Shown here one piece after another: positions 8,070-15,147 of a stretch of 20,558 nucleotides of DNA. How positions within the stretch are numbered: position 1 is the stretch's first letter; the number at the start of each line of letters is the position of its first letter. Where the stretch lies: the IMG/VR virus record IMGVR_UViG_2541047726_000008. One strand, given 5' to 3'. The translations under genes and the position numbers were made by a program. Below the pieces are notes generated by a model. The model was given only the letters and a program-made list of their open reading frames with translations, did no database searches and had not been told where the DNA came from. The stretch is from a virus (lineage: Duplodnaviria; Heunggongvirae; Uroviricota; Caudoviricetes).

Positions 8070-9110
8070 ATGGCTAACGCCTGGCTCAGATTATGGCATG
8101 ACATGCCAAATGACCCTAAGTGGCGAACAATTGCCAGGGTGTCAGGGCAGCCAATTGCAACAGTGATGGCAGTGTATATCCACCTTCTGGTGAGCGCGTC
8201 ACGAAATGTCACGACATGTCACGGCGTGTCACTACGTGGTCACATTGATGTCACGACGGAAGATTTAGCAAGTGCGCTTGATGTGACGGAAGAAGTAATT
8301 GATTCAATTTTACAGGCAATGCAGGGGCGGGTACTTGATGGAGATTTAATCACCGGATGGGAAAAACGCCAGGTACTGAAAGAGGACAATGGCAACGTTT
8401 CACAAACCGCGAAATCCCCGGCAGAGCGCAAGAGAGCGCAGCGCGAGAGGGAAAAATTACGAAAACAGAATGAGGGGTGTCACGACGAGTCACGCATATG
8501 TCACGACATGTCACGACGAGTCACGACAGATAAAGATACAGATAAAGAATTAAACCCCACACATAACGCGCACGTGCGCGAGAGTGCTCCGACCAGTGAG
8601 TCGAGTGGTACGCCGTTGCAGGCAGCAGAACCTGCATCCCTGGATGGACTGAGCGAACCCATCGGGAAATTTCCGATGGTCGATGACTGGCATCCGTCGC
8701 CGGATTTTCGACGACGGGCTGCGTTGTGGGGGATGGCTTTGCCGGAGCCGGAATTTACACCTGCTGAACTTGCCGCTTTCCGGGACTACTGGGCAGCGGA
8801 GGGGAAAGTTTTCACGCAGGTTCAGTGGGAGCAGAAATTCGCCCGTCACGTAAATCACGTCAGGGCGCAGGTTAAGCCAGTCAGCAAGGGGGTAAACCAT
8901 GCAGCAGCACCAGGTGGCACCGCATCACGGGCAGTTCAGGAAATTCGGGCAGCACGTGAGCAGTGGGAACGTGAAAACGGATTTATCAGCGACGGAAACG
9001 GTCTGGAAGCTGTGGGAACTCATGGGGGAGGTTTATTCGAACCGCTGGACCCAGAAGAACGGGGCCGCACCTTCGAAGCTCTGGATTGCACAGATTGGCG
9101 CGATGACTGA
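8070..9110 (+). CDS. Replication initiator (O-like, iteron-containing) with DnaT-like C-terminal region
   Basis: Track start is GTG 8064; ATG at 8070 has GAGGTGAG upstream. 346 aa. The gene contains two iteron arrays. Residues about 200-260 (IGKFPMVDDWHPSPDFRRRAALWGMALPEPEFTPAELAAFRDYWAAEGKVFTQVQWEQKFARH) closely resemble E. coli DnaT C-terminus as recalled. The last about 70 codons overlap the P-like ORF out of frame. Confidence 0.7.
   Translation: MANAWLRLWHDMPNDPKWRTIARVSGQPIATVMAVYIHLLVSASRNVTTCHGVSLRGHIDVTTEDLASALDVTEEVIDSILQAMQGRVLDGDLITGWEKRQVLKEDNGNVSQTAKSPAERKRAQREREKLRKQNEGCHDESRICHDMSRRVTTDKDTDKELNPTHNAHVRESAPTSESSGTPLQAAEPASLDGLSEPIGKFPMVDDWHPSPDFRRRAALWGMALPEPEFTPAELAAFRDYWAAEGKVFTQVQWEQKFARHVNHVRAQVKPVSKGVNHAAAPGGTASRAVQEIRAAREQWERENGFISDGNGLEAVGTHGGGLFEPLDPEERGRTFEALDCTDWRDD
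8198..8254. repeat. Iteron array 1 (6 x GTCAC[G/T], 10-11 bp period) - putative ori
   Basis: GTCAC begins at 8198, 8208, 8218, 8228, 8239, 8250. Helical-turn spacing inside the initiator gene, as in lambda ori within O. Confidence 0.65.
8479..8524. repeat. Iteron array 2 (5 x GTCACG, 10-11 bp period) with adjacent AT-rich stretch
   Basis: GTCAC begins at 8479, 8489, 8500, 8510, 8520, followed directly by AT-rich ACAGATAAAGATACAGATAAAGAATTAAA (8525-8555), a candidate DNA unwinding element. Confidence 0.65.
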
Positions 9111-9564
9111 GCAGCAAATCCGACAGGTCTGCCGCCAGTGCATGGACCGCTGCCGGGCGGGTGAAACATGGCCCCCGGACCTGGCTGAGTTTGTGGCGCT
9201 GATTTCAGAAAGCGGGGCCAATCCATTTGGCCTGACGGTGGATGCTGTGATGGAGGAGTACCGCCGCTGGCGTGATGAGTCCTGGCGATATGACGGAAGC
9301 GACAAATATCCGTGGCCTCAGCCTGTGCTGTACCACATCTGCCTCGAAATGCGTACCAGAGGGATTGAGCGCCAGATGACGCAGGGTGAGTTAAAACGAC
9401 TTGCGGAACGGCAACTGACGAAATGGGCAAAGCATGTTGGTAACGGGATGAGTGTTCCGCCAGTGCGACGACAACTGGAAGGGGCGAAACACCCGCAAGG
9501 GCCAACGCCAATTGAACGGCTGAAACAGGAATACGAACGCCGGAAGGCAGCTGGTTTTATTTGA
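8899..9564 (+). CDS. Lambda-P-like replication protein (helicase loader)
   Basis: 221-aa ORF; ATG at 8899 has a strong AAGGGGG SD. C-terminal two thirds resemble lambda P as recalled (…ETWPPDLAEFVALISES… vs …FLPSPGQFVAWCREE…). Start is uncertain: 8899 overlaps the O-like ORF by 212 nt; the alternative ATG at 9103 overlaps the O stop as ATGACTGA. Confidence 0.6.
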   Translation: MQQHQVAPHHGQFRKFGQHVSSGNVKTDLSATETVWKLWELMGEVYSNRWTQKNGAAPSKLWIAQIGAMTEQQIRQVCRQCMDRCRAGETWPPDLAEFVALISESGANPFGLTVDAVMEEYRRWRDESWRYDGSDKYPWPQPVLYHICLEMRTRGIERQMTQGELKRLAERQLTKWAKHVGNGMSVPPVRRQLEGAKHPQGPTPIERLKQEYERRKAAGFI

Positions 9565-9597
9565 ATCTGAGAAACGATTTTGTCGGAGGAAATTTTA

Positions 9598-10368
9598 ATG
9601 GAAACCGTATTTGACGCACTGAAAGCAATGGGAAAAGCCACATCGGTAGAACTGGCCGCGCGACTTGATATCAGTCGTGAAGAGGTTCTCAACGAGCTGT
9701 GGGAACTCAAAAGAAATGGCGTCGTTGATAAAACTGGTCACACCTGGTTTCTGGCTGGCGAAGGTGAATCCCGGGTAACCGAAGAGCGGCCAGTAAAATC
9801 TGAAGCACAGGATATGCTGACCGGGGAGGTCGAACAAAAAGTTACCGCAGACATGATGATTGAGTTTATCGGTCAGGATGGTGCTAAAACGTGTGAGGAA
9901 CTGGCGGGTAAGTTCGGCGTCAGTACTCGCAAGGTTGCCTCCACGCTGGCGGTGGTAACCGCAACGGGGCGGCTGGCACGCGTTAATCAGAACGGTAAAT
10001 TTCGTTACTGCATGCCGGGCGATAATTTACCAGCAGAGCCGAAAGCCGCGCTGGTAACGGAAAGTGATGGTAAGGCCTTTCCTCAGCCAGCAGGTGCTGC
10101 GTTACCAGTCCGGGAAGCCGCAACACAGGAAGAAATTAAAACAGAAACTGTGGCGGACATTGTGCAGCCGTTGCCATCGTTTACCGAAACGCAAGCAGAT
10201 GAGCTGATTTTTCCGTCCCTTCGCAGGGCAAACCTGGCGCTGCGCAGGGCGAAAAGTGATGTTCAGAAGTGGGAGCGAGTCTGCGCCGCGCTGCGGGAGG
10301 TGAACAAGCACCGGGATATTGTTCGACAGATTACTGATTCTTCCCGCCGTGTTGTATCGGAAAAGTGA
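9598..10368 (+). CDS. Hypothetical protein with two winged-helix-like repeats
   Basis: Track start is TTG 9580; ATG at 9598 has GGAGGA 7 nt upstream. 256 aa with an internal duplication ([23 protein letters not shown]… / [23 protein letters not shown]…). Confidence 0.6.
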   Translation: METVFDALKAMGKATSVELAARLDISREEVLNELWELKRNGVVDKTGHTWFLAGEGESRVTEERPVKSEAQDMLTGEVEQKVTADMMIEFIGQDGAKTCEELAGKFGVSTRKVASTLAVVTATGRLARVNQNGKFRYCMPGDNLPAEPKAALVTESDGKAFPQPAGAALPVREAATQEEIKTETVADIVQPLPSFTETQADELIFPSLRRANLALRRAKSDVQKWERVCAALREVNKHRDIVRQITDSSRRVVSEK

Positions 10369-10383
10369 TTGCCGGAGGCGCTT

Positions 10384-10776
10384 ATGGCAAAAGTATTTAC
10401 ACCAGAAGAGCGGGAAGAAGTGAAGGCGCGCATTGTGGAATTCGTGCGCCTGAGCGGACGAGAAACTTTTCGACAACTGGCAGATAAAACGGGTGTCAGT
10501 AAGACCGCTATTCGTCGTTTATCTGGTGCGCTTGCGACCAGTGGTGATGTCTGGCTCTCTGGTTGCGGGGTATTTCCATCAGAGCAGGCGTATCGCGTAT
10601 GGCGTAAGACACCGGAGAAGGCTGCTGACCCGACACTGATTCGAAAGTTACCTGACGGAGAAATACGTCGTTACAACAGACGGCAGAACATAATTTGTCG
10701 TGAGTGCCGCCAGAGCGAAGTTATGCAGCGTGTGCTGGCGTTCTATCGGGGAAACTTTCAGGAGGTGATGGAGTGA
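10384..10776 (+). CDS. Hypothetical protein, possible HTH
   Basis: Track start is TTG 10369; ATG at 10384 has GGAGG 5 nt upstream. 130 aa; …FRQLADKTGVSKTAIRRLSG… is HTH-like. Confidence 0.55.
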   Translation: MAKVFTPEEREEVKARIVEFVRLSGRETFRQLADKTGVSKTAIRRLSGALATSGDVWLSGCGVFPSEQAYRVWRKTPEKAADPTLIRKLPDGEIRRYNRRQNIICRECRQSEVMQRVLAFYRGNFQEVME

Positions 10777-11069
10777 GGGTCAGAGTTTATATTGCCGGTC
10801 CAATGACGGGATATGAAAATTTCAACCGTGAGGCGTTTCACAAGGCGGAAGAGGAACTGAAACGGGAAGGGCATACCGTCTTAAACCCGGCAGTACTTCC
10901 GGACGGGCTGACACAGCCGCACTACATGGATATTTGCATGGCAATGATTCGTTGTGTGGATGCGATTTACATGCTGAATGGCTGGCAGCGGTCAGCGGGC
11001 GCTAAGGCAGAGCTGGCACTGGCGGAGAAACTGGGGCATGCAGTGATTTATCAGGAGGTGGCTCAATGA
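10773..11069 (+). CDS. Nucleoside 2-deoxyribosyltransferase-like / DUF4406-like protein
   Basis: Start re-called to GTG 10773 (GGAGG 7 nt upstream, GTGA overlap with the previous stop). N-terminus MRVRVYIAGPMTGYENFNREAF… matches the YIAGP(M)TG opening of this fold as recalled; C-terminal …NGWQRSAGAKAELALAEKLG. Confidence 0.5.
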   Translation: MRVRVYIAGPMTGYENFNREAFHKAEEELKREGHTVLNPAVLPDGLTQPHYMDICMAMIRCVDAIYMLNGWQRSAGAKAELALAEKLGHAVIYQEVAQ

Positions 11070-11527
11070 GAGAGGTTAACTATGAGGCGCTTCGTGAGGC
11101 AGCACAAAACTATCAGTCGACGCTGGCGTGGTATCAGGCTATCCCGGACAGCCCAAATGCTGAACGGGATTGTGATGCGGCTCTTGCTGCGTTTAAGCGT
11201 CACATCCGTCATCGGGAAGCGGATATTATCGCTGATTTGCTGGATGGACTGGAAGAAGCAAAATCACAACTCAACGAGCAGCGTGAGTATTACGAAGGCG
11301 TTATCTCTGATGGGAGCAAGCGTATTGCTGAACTGGAAGCGCGGGAAGTTCAATTACCGACTCGCTACGACCTTCGATATGGACACCCGATAAATGCAGA
11401 TGAGCGACATGTCATGATACCTAAAGAAAATGGCAGTTGGCTTTACCTGATTGACTTAGAACACGCATTACGCGTCGCTGGCATTCGCATCAAAGGAGAG
11501 GAGCATGGAAATAAAACCAGAGGATGA
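11066..11527 (+). CDS. Hypothetical protein (153 aa)
   Basis: ATG at 11066 with AGGAGGTG upstream; ATGA overlap with the previous stop. Predicted coiled-coil middle (…LEEAKSQLNEQREYYEG…AELEAREVQL…). Confidence 0.55.
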   Translation: MREVNYEALREAAQNYQSTLAWYQAIPDSPNAERDCDAALAAFKRHIRHREADIIADLLDGLEEAKSQLNEQREYYEGVISDGSKRIAELEAREVQLPTRYDLRYGHPINADERHVMIPKENGSWLYLIDLEHALRVAGIRIKGEEHGNKTRG

Positions 11528-11861
11528 GTTAAGCAATATCGTTTTATTTCCGGTAAAAGAGGATGACCCTCGTAATCAGGTTAATTTTCTTTATGAGCCA
11601 TCGGAAAGACCATATTGTCATCACGCCTCTGTCCGGGTTGACGAAAAAGAGCGTCAGGTCCGCTGTAAAATCTGCGGTGCAGTTGTGGAGCCATTTGACT
11701 GGATGCTCTCTGTGGCGAAAAGAGAAACCAGACTGGCAGATGATGTAAGGCTCTTGCGTCAGGAGGAGCGGGAAAGGCGAAAAAATATAGAAAAGCTAAT
11801 TCAGATTGAGCGTAACGCGAAAGCGCGGATACGCAGGGCGACAAAATCCAGAACTGAATAA
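11505..11861 (+). CDS. Hypothetical protein with putative zinc ribbon
   Basis: 118 aa, ATG at 11505 with AGGAGAGGAG upstream. Contains CHH…(x13)…CKICG and an Arg/Lys-rich C-terminus. Confidence 0.55.
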   Translation: MEIKPEDELSNIVLFPVKEDDPRNQVNFLYEPSERPYCHHASVRVDEKERQVRCKICGAVVEPFDWMLSVAKRETRLADDVRLLRQEERERRKNIEKLIQIERNAKARIRRATKSRTE

Positions 11862-11954
11862 TTAAATTTAGCTCTGTTAAAAATTTAATCCTTAACCGGA
11901 GGGATTTCTGCACCCTCAGAACATCAGGAGGCCGCCCGAAAGGGCGGTAGTTAA

Positions 11955-12137
11955 ATGCGAAAGTTTAAAATAATTATTGAAACGGGAATAGCCGGTGGAG
12001 ATTTCGAGGATGAATTCGAAGTGGATGATGATGCGACGCCTGATGAAATACATGACGAAGCAAAAGATATTTTCTTTAACTACTGCAATTACTCATATCA
12101 CGAAATAAAAGACGAAGAGGAAGAACAAAATGGCTGA
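11955..12137 (+). CDS. Small highly acidic protein (60 aa)
   Basis: ATG at 11955 downstream of a GAAA-tetraloop hairpin (11929-11944). About 40% D/E, ending KDEEEEQNG. Confidence 0.45.
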   Translation: MRKFKIIIETGIAGGDFEDEFEVDDDATPDEIHDEAKDIFFNYCNYSYHEIKDEEEEQNG

Positions 12138-12306
12138 TTTTGGTTCAACTAAATACAACGTCAGTTTTGAAGAATGGCATGAACTGTTAATGGACTATGC
12201 AGAGTTACGTGGTGGCAGTGCTGCTGATGCTGAAGCATGGCGTGATGATTATGAAGCAGGAAAAACTCCGGTCGAAGCATATTGTGATGAGTGGGGCGAT
12301 GAATGA
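12130..12306 (+). CDS. Small acidic protein (58 aa)
   Basis: Not in the ORF track (<60 aa). ATG at 12130 with GAGGAAG upstream, overlapping the end of the previous gene; hand translation MADFGSTKYNVSFEEWHELLMDYAELRGGSAADAEAWRDDYEAGKTPVEAYCDEWGDE; stop overlaps the next ATG (ATGA). Confidence 0.45.
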   Translation: MADFGSTKYNVSFEEWHELLMDYAELRGGSAADAEAWRDDYEAGKTPVEAYCDEWGDE

Positions 12307-12664
12307 GCGAGGTTAATTATCAGGAAGGGCATGAAACGGCGGGGCAAGCAAAAACAGTGGCATGGCGATATCGCTACGTGAAAAAAAAGGCGTTACGGAC
12401 TTTCAGGGGAAGTAGTGGTCTGGTGACTGGAAATATGTACCGAAAAAAGAGGATTGTAACGACAGGCCGAACTATGAAATTCAGGCGTTATTCACGGCCC
12501 CGCCAGCTTCGGTGACATCAGAAGGACTGGTTAAAGCTGTGCGCTTTTATGAACAGGTACGGCGTGAGGATCCGCCAGTTGAAACCGGAGCATGGAAAGA
12601 CGCTATTGACTGGGTACTCAAGGAGGCCTGCCTGGTTGTAAACACGGGCATCAAAGGAGGCTGA
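12303..12664 (+). pseudogene. Possibly frame-disrupted gene (N-terminal frame 12303.., protein-like C-terminal frame 12416..12664 without a start codon)
   Basis: The track ORF 12303..12515 becomes basic low complexity after about residue 26. The -1 frame from 12416 to 12664 encodes 83 protein-like codons (WSGDWKYVPKKEDCNDRPNYEIQALF…AWKDAIDWVLKEACLVVNTGIKGG) with no ATG/GTG/TTG start. An A8 run (12381-12388) forms an in-frame A AAA AAG heptamer. Confidence 0.3.
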
Positions 12665-12880
12665 ATGGGTATTGCCGCAAGTTATACCATGCATCTCTAT
12701 TGTGATTGCCGCCAGTGTACGGATGGCAAATATCAGTCGCCAGATTTTGGTGAGTATATCGGTACGTCATGGGCTGGCTGTGCAAAAGAGGCACGTAAAG
12801 ATGGGTGGCGAATAAGTGCCGACAAAACGCGTGCTTTTGCGCCAGGGCATAAAATTTTGAGGAGCAACAAAGGAGAGTGA
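12665..12880 (+). CDS. Hypothetical Cys-rich small protein (71 aa)
   Basis: ATG at 12665 with AAGGAGG upstream, directly after the stop of the preceding frame. Contains CDCRQC…C. Confidence 0.5.
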   Translation: MGIAASYTMHLYCDCRQCTDGKYQSPDFGEYIGTSWAGCAKEARKDGWRISADKTRAFAPGHKILRSNKGE

Positions 12881-12881
12881 T

Positions 12882-13100
12882 GTGCCTACATTATTCAGAA
12901 AAGAATATCCGCGAAAAAGTAGAGCGACAGAATTTTTGTTTCTCATTCTGTTTATCGTGTTGATGATACCGATATCCCCGTTAATTCTGGTATGGGGAAT
13001 CGGAAAAATAATTGAGCCAGTTATTGAATTGTATAACGACGTGGTATGGGCTCCGTTCAACACACTGCACAATAAAATTAATCCGTATAAGGAAAACTGA
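12882..13100 (+). CDS. Small membrane protein (one predicted TM helix)
   Basis: GTG start at 12882 with AGGAGAG 4 nt upstream. Hydrophobic segment FLFLILFIVLMIPISPLILVWGIG flanked by basic residues. Confidence 0.45.
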   Translation: MPTLFRKEYPRKSRATEFLFLILFIVLMIPISPLILVWGIGKIIEPVIELYNDVVWAPFNTLHNKINPYKEN

Positions 13101-13101
13101 T

Positions 13102-13365
13102 ATGGCAACTTTGACAAAAAAAGAACAGGCATGGTTGAACGAATTACAGGACGTTCTTGATCGCTGTCCATCACCGAAAAAAATTGGTTTTTACACCATT
13201 GGCGATAAAAGCATTTACCTGTATGACCTGCGCCGCATGGATGAAATCATGGAGGCTCTTGATAATCGTTCGTCAATGGATTGGTGTGTTGCTGTCCATG
13301 ATATGAATGCAGGGTTTGATGAAAAGATTTTGTTCCCCTCATCAGTTGAAAGCACTGCGGGTTAA
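13102..13365 (+). CDS. Hypothetical protein (87 aa)
   Basis: Track ORF starts at 13012, but the ATG at 13102 with AAGGAAAA upstream fits better and avoids overlap with the membrane-protein gene (MATLTKKEQAWLNELQDVLDRCPS…). Confidence 0.5.
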   Translation: MATLTKKEQAWLNELQDVLDRCPSPKKIGFYTIGDKSIYLYDLRRMDEIMEALDNRSSMDWCVAVHDMNAGFDEKILFPSSVESTAG

Positions 13366-13375
13366 GGAGTAACAC

Positions 13376-13543
13376 ATGACCACTATTACCAAAGAACGTA
13401 TTGAATTGTTCATTAAAAACCCGCTTGAAAACGGGCTTACCCGTGGTGAACAAATGGAACTGGCACGGATTGCGCTGGCATCGCTGGAAGCAGAGCCGGT
13501 TGTGTTCTGGTTTGAAAAATATCAAGAAGGGGCTACGGCATGA
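13376..13543 (+). CDS. Small hypothetical protein (55 aa), paralog-like to the next gene
   Basis: Not in the ORF track. ATG at 13376 with AAGGAG 6 nt upstream; [55 protein letters not shown]; stop overlaps the next ATG. Confidence 0.45.
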   Translation: MTTITKERIELFIKNPLENGLTRGEQMELARIALASLEAEPVVFWFEKYQEGATA

Positions 13544-13884
13544 CGACTTTTACCAGAGAGCAGTTAATAGCTCACGCAGAGGAGACTATTGAAGCACAGA
13601 GACTGTGCATACCGGGCACAATCGACCATGACATCATCCGCACATATAAGATGGATATTGCTGTTCTGGAAATCGCACTGGTATCGCTGGCAGCAGAGCC
13701 AGCCGGTAAATTGCATGAATACAAACCAGTGGGATATCAGCGTCTGGTCGATGAGTTAACCATGCTGGTAAAGCAGTTAACCTGGCAACTGAGGAAAGCG
13801 AAGCCAGACTGCAAATTACCGGATAAGGCGATGAGTTATCTGGAGCGGAACGGACTGATAAGCGTGGAGGATATTTTACGATGA
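13540..13884 (+). CDS. Hypothetical protein (114 aa)
   Basis: ATG at 13540 (ATGA overlap). Opens [15 protein letters not shown]… and shares an …IALxSLxAEP… segment with the preceding small protein. Confidence 0.55.
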   Translation: MTTFTREQLIAHAEETIEAQRLCIPGTIDHDIIRTYKMDIAVLEIALVSLAAEPAGKLHEYKPVGYQRLVDELTMLVKQLTWQLRKAKPDCKLPDKAMSYLERNGLISVEDILR

Positions 13885-13964
13885 CCTGGCCTGAAGCATT
13901 AACAACGGTAGGAATTGCGATGGCGGTGGCGCTGGTGGTGTATTCGATTTGCCGCTGGGGATAA
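13881..13964 (+). CDS. Possible 27-aa hydrophobic peptide
   Basis: ATG at 13881 overlaps the preceding stop (ATGA); [27 protein letters not shown] is mostly one hydrophobic helix. Not in the ORF track (short). Confidence 0.25.
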   Translation: MTWPEALTTVGIAMAVALVVYSICRWG

Positions 13965-13971
13965 AAACGGT

Positions 13972-13999
13972 TTGCGGGAAAAGGAGAGTTAAGTAGAAT
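13972..13999 (+). promoter_or_regulatory. Putative promoter of the hok-like mRNA
   Basis: TTGCGG (13972-13977), 16-nt spacer, TAGAAT (13994-13999). Predicted TSS about 14006, at the start of a segment complementary to the mRNA 3' end. Confidence 0.4.
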
Positions 14000-14039
14000 T
14001 GCAGCGGGTGCTTGAGGCTATCTGTCTCAGGCATGAACA

Positions 14040-14130
14040 CCAAAAGGCAGATAGAGAAAAGCCCCAGTTAACATTACGCGTCCGGCAAGACGCTTAACAT
14101 TAATCTGAGGCCATATCTATGCTCTACACA
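14040..14130 (-). ncRNA. Putative Sok-like antisense RNA (approximate)
   Basis: Inferred from hok-family architecture. Candidate minus-strand promoter TTGCCT (14162..14157), 17 nt, TAACCT (14139..14134) would drive an antisense RNA across the upstream-ORF initiation region. The -10 is weak and the ends are not defined. Confidence 0.3.
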
Positions 14131-14175
14131 CGTAGGTTAGCCTCTTACGTGCCGAAAGGCAAGGAGAAGCAGGCT

Positions 14176-14331
14176 ATGAAGCAGCAAAAGGCGATGCTAA
14201 TCGCCCTGATCGTCATCTGTTTAACCGTCATTGTGACGGCACTGGTAACGAGGAAAGACCTCTGCGAGGTACGAATCCGAACCGGCCAGACGGAGGTCGC
14301 TGTCTTCACAGCTTACGAACCTGAGGAGTAA
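14176..14331 (+). CDS. hok: Hok/Gef-family type I toxin
   Basis: 51 aa, MKQQKAMLIALIVICLTVIVTALVTRKDLCEVRIRTGQTEVAVFTAYEPEE, matching the Hok pattern (…CLT…TRK.LCE.R…G..EVAAF.AYE). AAGGAG 9 nt upstream. An in-frame upstream ATG at 14119 with its own SD extends the frame by 19 codons (mok-like leader ORF). Confidence 0.8.
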   Translation: MKQQKAMLIALIVICLTVIVTALVTRKDLCEVRIRTGQTEVAVFTAYEPEE

Positions 14332-14400
14332 GAGACCCGGCGGGGGAGTAATCTCCCGCCACCTCTGATGTGCCAGGCATCCTCAACGCACCCGCACTTA

Positions 14401-14420
14401 ACCCGCTTCGGCGGGTTTTT
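14401..14420 (+). terminator. Intrinsic terminator of hok-like mRNA
   Basis: ACCCGC-TTCG-GCGGG followed by TTTTT. The identical 20-mer recurs at 16236-16255. Confidence 0.7.
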
Positions 14421-14432
14421 GCATTAGTCTGG

Positions 14433-14461
14433 TTGACAAAAATAGAAAAATGCGAAAATAT
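14433..14461 (+). promoter_or_regulatory. Possible promoter of the cargo cassette
   Basis: Perfect TTGACA at 14433-14438; the -10 candidate 17 nt downstream (AAATAT, 14456-14461) is only a partial match. Confidence 0.3.
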
Positions 14462-14496
14462 GTGGTTTACGAATTCTAAAAAAAGCGAAACTTGAA

Positions 14497-15147
14497 ATGA
14501 ATGAAAATCAGTTAGCTCCTTGTTGGGAATTTCAACCTTATCTTGCTGAAAACTATGTTCGCCACTTGTTGGCGGAGATCGCTAACGTACTTGAGCAGCT
14601 GTACTATCATAAGCACGCATTAGACAGCAACTGGTCTGAAGGTGTAAGGGCTTATGATTGGGTCAGAAATCATCTTATTCAAAATGAAGATGCAATTCCT
14701 GGCCTTGAGATGATTTCCAAGGGGTTGGACTATGTAGTTGCTTTAAATAAAGTTCCGCTACAATTTACCAAAGATTGCATTAATAACCCCAAAAAGAAAC
14801 ATCGTCTGCGTCGAAATAAAGTAGAGTATGAGCAGCTCTCATTGTTTGGTGATGTTGAGGCTGAGCAAGATATTACATGGCGAGTCATAGCTGAGCCTTT
14901 TTTATCCGAAGAGGGCGATGGTGAATTAGAGTCCACACTGCCTCGTTGGGAGGTAGCTCTTGTTGGATTTAATACTTATGGTGCTCAGATTAGTATAGTT
15001 TCTCATCAATCTACAGCATCGATGCCGCTTATGCCTCTTGATTATAACACACTCCCTGACGAAGCGGAGATTAATAAGGTGCCTCTTCGTCGGCGTACGA
15101 AGGATAAAGATTTGGATGTGAGCAGTGATGGAACATCAGGTGAATAA
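14497..15147 (+). CDS. Hypothetical protein (216 aa), first gene of the cargo cassette
   Basis: ATG at 14497 without a clear SD. Visibly AT-rich coding sequence (about one third GC by eye in the first 60 nt). No motif recognised. Its last 20 nt overlap the next gene. Confidence 0.6.
   Translation: MNENQLAPCWEFQPYLAENYVRHLLAEIANVLEQLYYHKHALDSNWSEGVRAYDWVRNHLIQNEDAIPGLEMISKGLDYVVALNKVPLQFTKDCINNPKKKHRLRRNKVEYEQLSLFGDVEAEQDITWRVIAEPFLSEEGDGELESTLPRWEVALVGFNTYGAQISIVSHQSTASMPLMPLDYNTLPDEAEINKVPLRRRTKDKDLDVSSDGTSGE

Noticed and set aside
8198-8524. Possible CRISPR array suggested by regularly repeated GTCACG
   Set aside because: Repeat unit is only about 10 bp with no spacers of CRISPR size, and the repeats are inside a coding frame; the pattern fits replication-origin iterons.
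9020-9710. Minus-strand ORFs 9020..9511, 9033..9305, 9318..9710
   Set aside because: Antisense to the P-like replication gene; Ser/Arg-rich and low complexity.
12383-12415. Programmed -1 ribosomal frameshift at A AAA AAG joining the N-terminal frame to the protein-like downstream frame
   Set aside because: After a -1 slip the ribosome meets TAG at 12413 after 8 codons, so frameshifting cannot by itself produce the long downstream frame; reported as a disrupted region instead.
12880-12963. ATG at 12880 overlapping the preceding stop (TGATG) as start of the next gene
   Set aside because: That frame gives only a 27-codon Cys-rich peptide; the GTG at 12882 opens the 72-aa frame with a plausible TM helix and has AGGAGAG upstream.
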